Positions 1 through 10,038 of a stretch of 64,000 nucleotides of DNA are shown here, one piece after another; position 1 is the stretch's first letter, and each line of letters opens with the position of its first letter. The position numbers and the translations under genes were made by a program. Origin of the DNA: an uncultured Muribaculaceae bacterium (GTDB lineage Bacteria; Bacteroidota; Bacteroidia; Bacteroidales; Muribaculaceae); NCBI GenBank assembly GCA_910579305.1, contig CAJTTA010000004.1, forward strand, positions 23,100 to 87,099. Direction: 5' to 3'. The notes below the pieces were generated by a model, which saw nothing but the letters and a program-made list of their open reading frames with translations, did not search any database and was not told the origin of the DNA.

Positions 1-2
1 GC

Positions 3-143
3 CACGCCGCAGGATGTCTCACCGTGGCAGTGGCCACCGGGCCTATCCCGGAGAAAGTGCTCGCCGAAAGCGGAGCCGACATAGTATTCCCCTCAATGCA
101 TGACTTTGCCTGCAATGTAAGATATCTGATAGACAATGAATAA
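3..143 (+). CDS. HAD-family hydrolase, 3' fragment (truncated by window edge)
   Basis: Frame 3 reads HAAGCLTVAVATGPIPEKVLAESGADIVFPSM...NE*, a typical HAD-IA C-terminus. The stop overlaps the aroB start. Confidence 0.65.
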   Translation, partial: HAAGCLTVAVATGPIPEKVLAESGADIVFPSMHDFACNVRYLIDNE

Positions 144-1179
144 GCTGATATTCACGCTGGATGCCTCCGAGGCATTGGAGGCCGTGCTCAATAAGCTTAA
201 TCCCCCACAGGTATTCTATATTCTGCCTGAAGCATCTTCGGCTCTTATTTTAAAGAATATACCTGGAGTCGCGCCATCCCTGCTCATCAATGATGCTGAA
301 CCCGCAAAGACTCTGCGCGGTGCGGAAAGCATATGGGCATCAATGCTCGATGCGTCGCTGACGCGTAATGCACTGGCGGTGAACATAGGCGGCGGTGTGA
401 CTACCGACATCGGGGGATTTGCCGCAGCCTGCTATATGCGTGGCATTCGATATGTGAATATCCCCACGACTCTCCTGGCAATGGTCGACGCTTCCGCCGG
501 AGGCAAGACCGGTGTGAACTTCAATGGTGTGAAGAATATCATAGGAGCTTTTAAGTCTCCGGTGACCACAATAATAAGCCCGGCATTTCTTTCCACACTT
601 CCACACACCCAGCTCCTCTCTGGCTACGGAGAAATGCTCAAGCATGGTCTGCTGCAGGGAGAGCCTTGCCTCAGCCGTATGCTCGCCTTCTCCCCTCTCT
701 CAGCTTGTCAGGCAGATTGGCAGGAATGTATCAGAGAATCAGTGCTGTTCAAAGATAAAATCGTGTCAGCCGATCCTTATGAGCAGGGAGCCAGAAGAGC
801 GCTTAACCTCGGGCATACGGCCGGTCATGCCTTTGAGTCACTCGGGCTGGGCCGCGGAGAGCAGGTGACGCATGGAGCTGCAGTGGCCCAGGGACTTGTC
901 ACAGCGTTGGTGCTGAGTGTGATGAAGGCGGGGTTCAGTTCGCTGACAATGCAGTCGGTAGCAGCACACATCAAGAGCCTGTACTCTCCCTTGCACTACT
1001 CCTGCAAAGATTATGACCGGCTCCTGGCATTTATGCACCACGATAAGAAGAACCGTGACAAAAATCACATTTCCTTTACGCTTCTCAAGGCGCCGGGATC
1101 TCCGCTATGCGGCATGGAGACGGATGAAGAGGAGGTAAAAACCGCACTCGACATCACATGCGATCTTCTCGGGATATGA
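136..1179 (+). CDS. aroB: 3-dehydroquinate synthase
   Basis: GGGVTTDIGGF, IPTTLLAMVDASAGGKTGVN, EMLKHG and LNLGHTAGHAFE motifs. Confidence 0.95.
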   Translation: MNKLIFTLDASEALEAVLNKLNPPQVFYILPEASSALILKNIPGVAPSLLINDAEPAKTLRGAESIWASMLDASLTRNALAVNIGGGVTTDIGGFAAACYMRGIRYVNIPTTLLAMVDASAGGKTGVNFNGVKNIIGAFKSPVTTIISPAFLSTLPHTQLLSGYGEMLKHGLLQGEPCLSRMLAFSPLSACQADWQECIRESVLFKDKIVSADPYEQGARRALNLGHTAGHAFESLGLGRGEQVTHGAAVAQGLVTALVLSVMKAGFSSLTMQSVAAHIKSLYSPLHYSCKDYDRLLAFMHHDKKNRDKNHISFTLLKAPGSPLCGMETDEEEVKTALDITCDLLGI

Positions 1180-1229
1180 TACCCGCGTGCGAGAAATGTG
1201 GCCTGGAGTGACAATCGCGCATAATGACC

Positions 1230-1261
1230 TTTGTTCAGCTCAAAAAATTTCGTTAATTTTG
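1230..1261 (+). promoter_or_regulatory. Bacteroidetes sigmaA-type promoter for GT2-btuB-btuG
   Basis: TTTG (1230-1233), 20-nt spacer, TAATTTTG (1254-1261). Confidence 0.7.
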
Positions 1262-1286
1262 CTTTGTAAAAATTTTGATACTGTCT

Positions 1287-2483
1287 ATGACTTTCGGATG
1301 TGACATATCTTCCACTGTATGGCTCCTGATGGCAGTCTGCATCATATGTGCCCTTGTCTCAGCCATAACAGGCCTGCGCAACATGCGTGCCCTGGCACGA
1401 AAAGGGAAAAGACTGATGGCAGATGACTCTCTGCCCGGTAATGAGGGCGACCTGCCCGGCGTGTCGGTTATCGTATACGCCAAAAATGAAGAATCCCGCA
1501 TACGCGAATACATCGATGCCCTGCGCCGGCAGGAATATCCTGAATTTGAAATTATTGTAATCAACGATGCCTCGATCGACAATACCGCCGGCATAGTGGA
1601 GGCTATGCTTGAGGAAGATGACCGGCTTCGCTTCTCTTTTGTGCCGGAAAGCAGCCGCAATGTGTCGCGCCGTAAAGTGGCATTCACCATCGGGGCCAAG
1701 GCGGCCAGATATCCTGTGCTGCTCATCACGGCCGCCAACACGGAAATACCGTCTCCTCACTGGCTTCGCCGCATGGGTGCGCCATTTGCCGATCCCGGCG
1801 TCGAAGTAGTGATCGGAACATCGGTCTATCCCAAGGAGAGACATACGGGAGCCGGAAGATGGTACAGGCAGTTCGACACCATGACAGTCTTATCCCAATG
1901 GCTCGGGAGCGCTCTCGCAGGAGAGCCTTACAGGGGAGACGCCTATGCGCTGGCCTATAGAAAACAGACTTTCTTCGACCACAATGGCTTTGCCCTCACC
2001 AACCGCTTCGTGGCCGGCGAAGATGACATCTTCATCAACACCATTGCCACCCCCGGCAATACAGTTGTGGCACTTCATCCGCAGGCCATGTTGCGCAGAG
2101 TGCTGCCTGCCGATGAATATCCGCGCCTGTGGCTGCGAGAGAAAGAGCGATATACTTTCACTCAACGCTACCTCGACACCTGGGCGCTCCGCAGGCAGGC
2201 GGCAATGAGCCTGTCGCTATGGCTCGGATTGATCTCCGGAGTCGCAGCTTCGGCATTGGCCCTGCCTGATGTGCTTCCGGCCTGCATCATGCTCCTTACA
2301 GGCCTGTTGCTCTGGGGCTATCAGATATGTCTGTACCGTCGTGCGGCCCGACTCATGCACTCCGTGTGCCTTTTCTGGAGCGTGCCCCTGTTCTGGCTTA
2401 TGCGTCCCCTGCTCAACGCTGTCATGCGCATAAGATTCAGTGCCAACAAATCCACCAACTATACATGGCAGCACGCAAAATAG
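1287..2483 (+). CDS. Family 2 glycosyltransferase, membrane-bound
   Basis: VSVIVYAKNE, IIVINDASID and GEDD motifs; N- and C-terminal TM helices. ATG 1287 is preferred to TTG 1275. Confidence 0.85.
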   Translation: MTFGCDISSTVWLLMAVCIICALVSAITGLRNMRALARKGKRLMADDSLPGNEGDLPGVSVIVYAKNEESRIREYIDALRRQEYPEFEIIVINDASIDNTAGIVEAMLEEDDRLRFSFVPESSRNVSRRKVAFTIGAKAARYPVLLITAANTEIPSPHWLRRMGAPFADPGVEVVIGTSVYPKERHTGAGRWYRQFDTMTVLSQWLGSALAGEPYRGDAYALAYRKQTFFDHNGFALTNRFVAGEDDIFINTIATPGNTVVALHPQAMLRRVLPADEYPRLWLREKERYTFTQRYLDTWALRRQAAMSLSLWLGLISGVAASALALPDVLPACIMLLTGLLLWGYQICLYRRAARLMHSVCLFWSVPLFWLMRPLLNAVMRIRFSANKSTNYTWQHAK

Positions 2484-4519
2484 ACTCCGCTCTGCGCTCA
2501 GGCACACTGCTGCTTGCCTTCATCCTGTCTGTCTTCACTGCATTCTCTCAAGATCCGGAAGTAGACTCTCTGCCCGGAGTAGAGATAATAGCGCCCCTGC
2601 GGTCGCGATCAATAATAGCGCCTCAGGAATTATCCGGCGCGCGGCTTAGTTCACTGAACGCCCACTCTGTGGCCGATGCCCTCCGCTATTTTTCAGGAGT
2701 ACAGCTCAAGGACTACGGCGGGGTGGGCGGTGTGAAGACCATAGACCTGCGCTCTATGGGAAGCCACCACACAGGTGTGTTTTACGATGGAATCCAGCTC
2801 GGCAATGCCCAGAACGGACAGATTGACCTGGGCCGTTATTCGCTTGACAATATCGAGAGAATAGCTCTCTATAATGGCCATAAAAGCGAGATCTTCCAGC
2901 CGGCCAAGGATTTCGCCTCTGGCGCCTCCATCTATATACGCTCCCGAAAGCCCCACATTCCAGCCGGCAGAAAGCTGGCCGGAAGCGTCACGCTGCGCAC
3001 AGGTTCATTCGGACTTATAAATCCGTCGGCACGCCTCGACTGGCGAATTTCCGACTCCATAAGCCTATCTGCATCGGCCGAATACACGTATGCCGACGGC
3101 AAATATAAATTCCGCTATCACAAAGTATTTTCCGATGGCACTACTGCGTGGGACACCACGGCTACCCGACGCAACGGAGACATACATGCTCTCCGCTTAG
3201 AAGCCGGTGCATATGGACAATTCCATGGCGGCTCATGGCATGCCAAGGCCTATTTTTATGATTCAAGCAGAGGTATACCCGGTGCCATAGTCAACAATGT
3301 GTGGAAAAACTCTCAGCGACAATGGGACAGGAATTTCTTCATTCAGGGACGCATAGAGCATCACCCTTCATCCCGATACATGTGGATGGTCAATGCCAAG
3401 TATGCCAATGACCACATGCGTTACCTCAACCCCGACACCACGCTTCTATACATCGACAACTCTTTCAGGCAACAGGAGGTGTATCTTTCCACCACCCACA
3501 AACTCGCGATTCTCCCGCAATGGGAGGCGGCCGTATCGGCCGACTGGCAGTATAACACTCTCAACAGCAATCTATCAAATTTCGTATACCCGCGCCGTCA
3601 CACTATCCTTGCGGCACTCAGCACTCAGGCTACCCTTAACACGCTCAGAGCACAGGCGGCTCTGCTGCTCACCCATGCTGATGACCGGTTTCTGTCAAAT
3701 CCCTTACAACCGGGCTCCGGCCACAGGCACACATCATTCACACGTCTCTCCCCGTCACTGTTCCTGAGCTGGACACCGGCTACTTCCGAGGGGATAGAGA
3801 CCCACGCATTTGCCAAGCGCATCTTCAGAATGCCTACCTTCAATGACCTTTATTATACCGACATAGGCAATGCTGCACTTAAGCCGGAGAATCTCAATCA
3901 GTTTGACCTGGGAGCCACCTGGCGCATATTGCCCGCCACCACATGCGTGACAGCCCTCAGCATCGGTGCCGATGCTTATTACAATCTCGTGACCGACAAA
4001 ATAATAGCCGTGCCTAAAGGCACCGGTCAGTACCGATGGATGATGATGAACATAGGCAAGGTGAAGATTCTCGGCATAGAGGCTGCAGGAGACATAAGCA
4101 TCTCCCCTCTCAGTGAATTGCTGATGCACATGCGCGCCTCCTACACTTTCCAGAGCGCACGCGATTTCTCCGACCCCACTGACAACGCAGATGAGGCAGG
4201 CACCTATAAGGGGCAGATAGCATATGTGCCACGTCACAGCTTCTCGATCACAGCAGATGCCACATGGAGAGCCTTCAAGCTGAATTACAGCTTCATATAT
4301 GTGGGCGAGCGCTGGGATAATTCCTCCAACATACCTGTTAATTACGTGCAGCCATGGTATACCCACGACCTCTCCGCCTCCTATTCCTTCCCTCTCTGCG
4401 CAACAACAGCCTCTGTCTCACTTGAAGTGAACAACCTGCTTGACCAGCAATATGAGGTGATACGCAATTACCCTATGCCCGGCCGTAATTTCAAACTTAT
4501 TCTGCGCATTGACATATGA
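2465..4519 (+). CDS. TonB-dependent receptor, BtuB-like
   Basis: Signal peptide from ATG 2465; plug motif SVADALRYFSGVQLKDYGG...FYDG; RMPTFNDLY, LKPE and NNLLDQQY...PMPGRNF barrel end. Confidence 0.85.
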   Translation: MAARKIDSALRSGTLLLAFILSVFTAFSQDPEVDSLPGVEIIAPLRSRSIIAPQELSGARLSSLNAHSVADALRYFSGVQLKDYGGVGGVKTIDLRSMGSHHTGVFYDGIQLGNAQNGQIDLGRYSLDNIERIALYNGHKSEIFQPAKDFASGASIYIRSRKPHIPAGRKLAGSVTLRTGSFGLINPSARLDWRISDSISLSASAEYTYADGKYKFRYHKVFSDGTTAWDTTATRRNGDIHALRLEAGAYGQFHGGSWHAKAYFYDSSRGIPGAIVNNVWKNSQRQWDRNFFIQGRIEHHPSSRYMWMVNAKYANDHMRYLNPDTTLLYIDNSFRQQEVYLSTTHKLAILPQWEAAVSADWQYNTLNSNLSNFVYPRRHTILAALSTQATLNTLRAQAALLLTHADDRFLSNPLQPGSGHRHTSFTRLSPSLFLSWTPATSEGIETHAFAKRIFRMPTFNDLYYTDIGNAALKPENLNQFDLGATWRILPATTCVTALSIGADAYYNLVTDKIIAVPKGTGQYRWMMMNIGKVKILGIEAAGDISISPLSELLMHMRASYTFQSARDFSDPTDNADEAGTYKGQIAYVPRHSFSITADATWRAFKLNYSFIYVGERWDNSSNIPVNYVQPWYTHDLSASYSFPLCATTASVSLEVNNLLDQQYEVIRNYPMPGRNFKLILRIDI

Positions 4520-5649
4520 AGACACTTAAATTCCTGCCACTACTTATGCTGCTCGCGCTCTTCTCCTGCCGCGAAGATGACATAATATTCATACCTGAAG
4601 AAGTGCCCACCGGCACCCCCGTCCTCTCGGATGTGCGAGGCTTTTATCTGCTGAACGAGGGAAATATGGGTTCTAACAAAAGTACTCTCGATTACTATAA
4701 TCTCCTCACCGCCACTTATTTCAGAAACATCTATGCCTCGGCCAATCCCTCTGTGCCCAAAGAACTTGGAGATGTGGGGAATGACCTTGGCGTGTATGGT
4801 TCAAAATTATATGCCGTGATCAACTGCTCCAACAAGGTGGAAGTCATGAGGGCCGACGATGCCGTGAGAATCAGTTCGATAGAGATTCCCAACTGCCGAA
4901 GCATAGCCTTCCATGGAAGATATGCCTACGTCACTTCATATGCAGGCCCGGTAGAGATACGCCCCGATTACTCCCAGCTCGGATTTGTGGCAAAAATCGA
5001 CACCGTCACACTGCAAGTGGTAGACCGGTGTATAGTAGGCTATCAGCCCGACGGCCTGGCTGTGAGCGGCGACAACATATATGTGGCCAATTCCGGAGGC
5101 TACCGCGTGCCAAACTACGAGAACACCCTGTCAGTAATCTCGCTGGCCAGTTTCTCAGTCACCAAGACCATTGCCATAGCTCCGAATCTCGACAATGTAA
5201 TAGCCGACCGACACGGACGCATATGGGTGAGCAACCGGGGCGACTACTACGATGTGATGCCCTCACTCACATGCTATGACACGCGTAAAAACCGCATCGT
5301 GGCCACCTTCCCCATAGGAGCAAGCGCAATGTGGCTCGATGATGACACACTTTACACCGTTGGGACTTCCTGGAATGCCGAGACACAAAGCAACGTGCGA
5401 TCCTATCACAAGATCGACACCGAAGCCTTGCAGATTGAAGAAAAAGGCCCCATTACAGACGGCACAGAGACAGAGATACGCGTTCCCTACGCCATAGCAG
5501 TCAACCCGGTGACAAAAGAAGTATACATCACCGATGCCCGCAGCTACCTCAATCCCGGATACCTTCACTGCTACAGCCCCGAAGGCATACGCCAATGGTC
5601 GGTACGCACCGGCGACATCCCCGCCGCCTTCGCCTTCATAGGCCAATAA
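4516..5649 (+). CDS. BtuG/YncE-like beta-propeller surface lipoprotein
   Basis: Lipobox LFSC followed by acidic residues; LNEGNMGSNKSTLDYY and LGDVGND motifs typical of BtuG-like proteins. Overlaps the receptor gene by ATGA. Confidence 0.8.
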   Translation: MKTLKFLPLLMLLALFSCREDDIIFIPEEVPTGTPVLSDVRGFYLLNEGNMGSNKSTLDYYNLLTATYFRNIYASANPSVPKELGDVGNDLGVYGSKLYAVINCSNKVEVMRADDAVRISSIEIPNCRSIAFHGRYAYVTSYAGPVEIRPDYSQLGFVAKIDTVTLQVVDRCIVGYQPDGLAVSGDNIYVANSGGYRVPNYENTLSVISLASFSVTKTIAIAPNLDNVIADRHGRIWVSNRGDYYDVMPSLTCYDTRKNRIVATFPIGASAMWLDDDTLYTVGTSWNAETQSNVRSYHKIDTEALQIEEKGPITDGTETEIRVPYAIAVNPVTKEVYITDARSYLNPGYLHCYSPEGIRQWSVRTGDIPAAFAFIGQ

Positions 5650-5673
5650 AAAAGCCGCCCCCGAAGGAGCGGC
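5648..5673 (-). terminator. Intrinsic terminator of the polysaccharide operon (possibly bidirectional)
   Basis: Minus strand reads GCCGCTCC-TTCG-GGGGCGGC-TTTTTT. Confidence 0.8.
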
Positions 5674-5702
5674 CACAGAATGATGATAATCTAACAGAAA
5701 TC

Positions 5703-6263
5703 TCAAGATTCTTTTATGGAATCTATATAATGTCCAGGATAGATAGTACCTCCCAACGACAATATTTTACGTATCGATTCTTCTGCCTGCGCTCTATTGC
5801 CTCCGGGAAGACTTGTCACGGTCTTAACACCAGGGATATACGAATCTCCTGAGAATATCATCTGATCAATCATAAATGTAAGACATGAGGGATTATGGCC
5901 GGGAGTCGGAATGATTGACACCTTACGATGACCCATACATATTCGATCTTCTTCAATTATTCTTATCCGATCTTCATATTCAAAAACAAAAGGGGTCTCA
6001 TGAAAGCGTGACATATTTTTACGGTCGCTAAGAAGCATTTCTCGTCCTACTGTATTTGTAATTACAACAACATTGGGATTCAGGGCAACGGCCTGATTCA
6101 ATCCATATATATGATCGAAATGCGCATGTGTCAGCAGGACAGCTTCCACCTTATCAAACCCTATCCATTTATCACCAGGATCCACTAATAAGTCCCCAAT
6201 TCTATATGAAATTGAATTGAAAAATGAATTTACATGAAATGAAATATCTCCCGCTGTATTCAC
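5703..6263 (-). CDS. MBL-fold metallo-hydrolase (glyoxalase II-like)
   Basis: THAHFDH, TPGH, SGD and YPGH motifs. Confidence 0.85.
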   Translation of the reverse strand: MNTAGDISFHVNSFFNSISYRIGDLLVDPGDKWIGFDKVEAVLLTHAHFDHIYGLNQAVALNPNVVVITNTVGREMLLSDRKNMSRFHETPFVFEYEDRIRIIEEDRICMGHRKVSIIPTPGHNPSCLTFMIDQMIFSGDSYIPGVKTVTSLPGGNRAQAEESIRKILSLGGTIYPGHYIDSIKES

Positions 6264-7318
6264 ACTTCTACTATATCAGAGATTCTCAAGTCATGAAACG
6301 GAACTATGGCAGTGGCCCATGTCATGCCTACACCGAATGCACTCAAAAGCAACCTCTTATTACCATCCATATTTCCTTTAAGCCTGTCGACAATAGTCAG
6401 AGGAACAGAAACTGAAGAAGTGTTGCCATATTTGGCGATGGTTGATGGAATTTTATCTTTATCCAGTTTCAGCTTCTTTATCAGATAGCTATTGATAAAA
6501 TTATTTGCCTGATGAAAGACATAGTAATCCAAGGCAGAGACATCTGTATTCGTTTGGGACAATAGTTTCTTTATATCCTTTGGAATTTCAACTATGACAA
6601 AATTGAATACATCTGCACCATTCATATACCCTTGTTCATCTGATCGGATATTGCCATATTCATCAACAATACTCTCCTTAACAGACTCGAATGATGATGG
6701 ATAACGATACCCTCCGGCTTTAATTTTGATAAGATCTTCAAGAGAGCCATCAGAGTTCAATGAGAAATGGCTTGCTCCAAACTTATCAGAATTTTCTACA
6801 AGAGCCGCAACTCCTCCGTCGCCAAACAGGAATGCAGTGCGCCGATCCTTCGGTGAATACACTTTAGAGCGTGTTTCCCCATCCAATATCAAGGCTTTTC
6901 TCAGACAACCTGTCGACATCATAGAAAATACTACGGACATTCCATAAATAAACGCAGAACATCCTAATGTGATATCGAAAGCGATAGTTGATTTGGGAAG
7001 TCCCAACCTTTCTTGAAGGATAACGGATGTTGCCGGCATCCTATAATCAGGAGTCTGGGATATAAACACTAACAGATCTATCTCACTTCTGTCGACATTA
7101 TTGTCTGCAAGCAGCTTCTCTGCCGCAGCGTAGCATAAATCTGATGAACATGTGTTTTCATCTGCAAACCTGCGTTCGTAAATACCAATTTTATCAACAA
7201 CCTGGCGAACCTGTTCCTTATCAAAGAAAGCAGTATATTCATAGTTGTTGATAACTTTTTTAGGAATAGCAGCGGAGAGGGCAGAAATGCCCACCCCGCT
7301 GAAGTTCATTAGTGCCAT
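6260..7318 (-). CDS. fabH: 3-oxoacyl-ACP synthase III family protein (KASIII paralog 2)
   Basis: LGCSAF, VFHQAN and YGNTSS: intact Cys-His-Asn triad. Confidence 0.9.
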   Translation of the reverse strand: MALMNFSGVGISALSAAIPKKVINNYEYTAFFDKEQVRQVVDKIGIYERRFADENTCSSDLCYAAAEKLLADNNVDRSEIDLLVFISQTPDYRMPATSVILQERLGLPKSTIAFDITLGCSAFIYGMSVVFSMMSTGCLRKALILDGETRSKVYSPKDRRTAFLFGDGGVAALVENSDKFGASHFSLNSDGSLEDLIKIKAGGYRYPSSFESVKESIVDEYGNIRSDEQGYMNGADVFNFVIVEIPKDIKKLLSQTNTDVSALDYYVFHQANNFINSYLIKKLKLDKDKIPSTIAKYGNTSSVSVPLTIVDRLKGNMDGNKRLLLSAFGVGMTWATAIVPFHDLRISDIVEV

Positions 7319-7330
7319 TGTATAGATTTA

Positions 7331-8092
7331 TCAGATAGACTTACCGCCATCGATTACAAATTCGGTTCCTGTCACCCATGCTGTGGCATCTGAAAGAAAA
7401 TAAACTACTGCCTGGGCCACTTCTTCAGGACGGCAATAACGCTGAATCGGATATTTCTTACGGTCTTCTTCGAGTTCTGCCTCCGATACGGTGCCTCCGT
7501 GAATCAGAGGAGTTTCCACCATTCCCGGACATATGGCATTCGCCCTTATTCCTTGCGGGCCAAGCTCACGCGCCAGGAATTTCATCCAAGTGGAAAAAGC
7601 CGACTTTGCCGAACCATAGATAATATTGCCGTTGCCACAACGTGTAATTCCGCTTATGGATGCGATTGCTACGATTGAGCCGTCTTTCTTGATCAATTTC
7701 TTTTTGAGCATCAATCGTGTAAGCTCAATGGGCGCAAATAGATTGGTATTGTACACCCAGTCTACTTTCTTACGAGTGGCGAATTTACTCGTACACATAT
7801 AGCTTACTCCGGCACATAATGCCAATCCGTCCACAGCACCACATTTGGAAATAAGATCCTGCATTTGGTCATCGCACGTTATATCGGCAACGATCAGTTG
7901 ATGATTCTCTCCCGGCATAAGATCCAGGGTTTCTTTCAAGCGCTCTTCATTGCGAGCTGTAGCAATAACGCGCGCTCCCATCTTTGCACATTCTATAGCT
8001 GTGGCCTTACCAATTCCTGATGATGCGCCGGTAACCAGTATAGTCTTGCCGGAAAGTGAATATGGATTATAACATGTGTTCATCGCTGTCAA
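7331..8092 (-). CDS. SDR oxidoreductase, FabG-like
   Basis: TGASSGIG, YGSAK and DGG motifs. Confidence 0.88.
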   Translation of the reverse strand: MTAMNTCYNPYSLSGKTILVTGASSGIGKATAIECAKMGARVIATARNEERLKETLDLMPGENHQLIVADITCDDQMQDLISKCGAVDGLALCAGVSYMCTSKFATRKKVDWVYNTNLFAPIELTRLMLKKKLIKKDGSIVAIASISGITRCGNGNIIYGSAKSAFSTWMKFLARELGPQGIRANAICPGMVETPLIHGGTVSEAELEEDRKKYPIQRYCRPEEVAQAVVYFLSDATAWVTGTEFVIDGGKSI

Positions 8093-9137
8093 GTTCTACA
8101 AGATTCGATATTACAAAGTCACGGGTCTTAAAGGAAATGGTGCCCCAGGACAGTCCAACTCCGAAGCCGCAACACATGAATTGCTTTTCTCCATTGTCTG
8201 CTTTCCCTTTCAACTCCGCTACAATTGTCAGAGGAATTGAGGCTGAAGAGGTGTTGCCGAAATGCGGCATGCAGTTGGGTACTTTCTCAAGAGGCAACTT
8301 GAGCTTCTTTACTATCATATCATTCATCTTTTTATTTGCCTGATGGAAAATAAAATAATCTGAATCAAGATAGTTGAACGAGAATTTGTCGGCCAGACGT
8401 TTAACGGATTTTGGCGCTGTAGAAATGCCGAATGAGAATACATCCATTCCTTTCATACGCGTGGTAAATCCGGTATAGGTCTTGCCATCTATCTCTATTT
8501 CCTTGAATGAATCTTCAGTAATAGGATAACGTGCTCCTCCATTGGGTTTTATAATAGCCTCATAACCGCCGCCATCCGTACCATAATGAGCTTTTATGCC
8601 TTCTGAGCCCTCTTCATATTCTAGTGCGGTGACTGTGCCGGCCGAACCGAACAAAGGATCTTCTTTATCCGGACGTATATATTGTCCGCGAGCATCACCG
8701 ACACATAATAGAGCCTTCTTTATGTCGCCATTCTGCAAGAGAGCAGCCACATTACTCATGCCATATACCCATCCTGAACATCCCAGCTGAATATCTTCGG
8801 CATAGCATTCTTTTGTGCATCCAAGCTTGTCTTGCATTATACATGCCGTTGCAGGGAAGATAAAATCAAGTGTCTGCGACACCATCACGATCGCATCTAC
8901 TTCCTCAGGTTTCCATGCCAAGTCGGCAAGCAATTGCTTTGCGGCTTTGAAACAAAGATCGGAAGTAGTGAGTTCTATATCAGATCTACGTTCTATCACA
9001 CCTGTTGTAGCAACGAAGTCTGCATTCTCATAATGCGGAGATATGCGTCTCTCACAGGTAAGGTTGTTCTTGATATGCCGAGGCACGCCGGCAGCAATGC
9101 CGGCGACCTTGACATTTTTAAAATGGAAGAATGCCAT
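8067..9137 (-). CDS. fabH: 3-oxoacyl-ACP synthase III family protein (KASIII paralog 1)
   Basis: LGCSGW, IFHQAN and FGNTSS triad. Confidence 0.9.
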   Translation of the reverse strand: MAFFHFKNVKVAGIAAGVPRHIKNNLTCERRISPHYENADFVATTGVIERRSDIELTTSDLCFKAAKQLLADLAWKPEEVDAIVMVSQTLDFIFPATACIMQDKLGCTKECYAEDIQLGCSGWVYGMSNVAALLQNGDIKKALLCVGDARGQYIRPDKEDPLFGSAGTVTALEYEEGSEGIKAHYGTDGGGYEAIIKPNGGARYPITEDSFKEIEIDGKTYTGFTTRMKGMDVFSFGISTAPKSVKRLADKFSFNYLDSDYFIFHQANKKMNDMIVKKLKLPLEKVPNCMPHFGNTSSASIPLTIVAELKGKADNGEKQFMCCGFGVGLSWGTISFKTRDFVISNLVELDSDEHML

Positions 9138-9367
9138 TATGCCTTTGCCTTTACAGTGTTAAATAGGTCTTCCACGGTTACAGCGTCATTGATATCAGCC
9201 CCCTTGAGAGTGATGTCATATTCTTCATCTACCATGCCGATGACAGAGAGGGCTGTCAAAGATGACCATTCTTCAAGATCGTGGAAAACTGTTGTAGCGG
9301 TGATTTCGGATGCGTCGGTGTCATCGAACTGATTTGCGAAATTCTCGATAAAATCTTTTAATTCCAT
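9137..9367 (-). CDS. Acyl carrier protein
   Basis: 76-aa acidic protein with EEWSSL phosphopantetheine site and TVEDL C-terminus. Confidence 0.88.
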   Translation of the reverse strand: MELKDFIENFANQFDDTDASEITATTVFHDLEEWSSLTALSVIGMVDEEYDITLKGADINDAVTVEDLFNTVKAKA

Positions 9368-9387
9368 TGTGTTGAACTTATTTAGGG

Positions 9388-10038
9388 TTAGTATTTAAAT
9401 TTCTTGGCAGGATTGCCAATGTACGTATTATTGTCTTTAGGCTTGGTAAGCAATGCCGACAATGGGGACAAAACGACATCGCTTCCTATACGAAGGCACT
9501 GTTTCACAAAACTATAAGTACCCAAAAGATTCCGGTCTCCTATTTTGACCTCTCCCGAAATTTTGGATGCAGGCATAAATACGTTGTAATCTCCTATCTG
9601 CGTATCATGACCGATGCCTACCATGCCATTTAGAAGGTTGAAGTTACCCAAAGTCACACCGGTTGTCACGTAACATGCTCCGGCAATGATATTTCCTTCT
9701 CCTATCTGAAAAGTTTCTTTATCTGAAATCCAAAAAGAGGGATCAATGATATTTGGAAACCTAATTTTAGGATTAGTGATTCGCTGTCTTACGGCTTGCA
9801 ATGTCCCAGGCACTCCGAAACAAAGGACCACATCTAGCTCGTCAGGCCAAGCATTCAATTCCTTCATGCCTCCCAGCACCAGGCCGAAATGCGACACCGG
9901 CTCTCCCGGGACTTTTCCATCATCAAAAAAGCCAATGAGCTTCCAGCGGAGATGCACCTTATTTATAACTTCCAGCATGCATGCCGTCTCGCGGCCTAAA
10001 CCTCCGGCTCCATAGATAGCTATATTTCTCATGATCAA
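9388..10038 (-). CDS. PglD/NeuD-like sugar N/O-acyltransferase (left-handed beta-helix)
   Basis: IYGAGGLG N-terminal Rossmann motif, hexapeptide repeats, GHD and GNPAK. Confidence 0.85.
   Translation of the reverse strand: MIMRNIAIYGAGGLGRETACMLEVINKVHLRWKLIGFFDDGKVPGEPVSHFGLVLGGMKELNAWPDELDVVLCFGVPGTLQAVRQRITNPKIRFPNIIDPSFWISDKETFQIGEGNIIAGACYVTTGVTLGNFNLLNGMVGIGHDTQIGDYNVFMPASKISGEVKIGDRNLLGTYSFVKQCLRIGSDVVLSPLSALLTKPKDNNTYIGNPAKKFKY

Noticed and set aside
2327..2464. N-terminal extensions in the ORF track (btuB-like, sufC to 56400, truB from 59084, GNAT to 42619, cvpA to 56839)
   Set aside because: They overlap neighbouring genes or promoter elements; downstream ATGs give family-typical N-termini.
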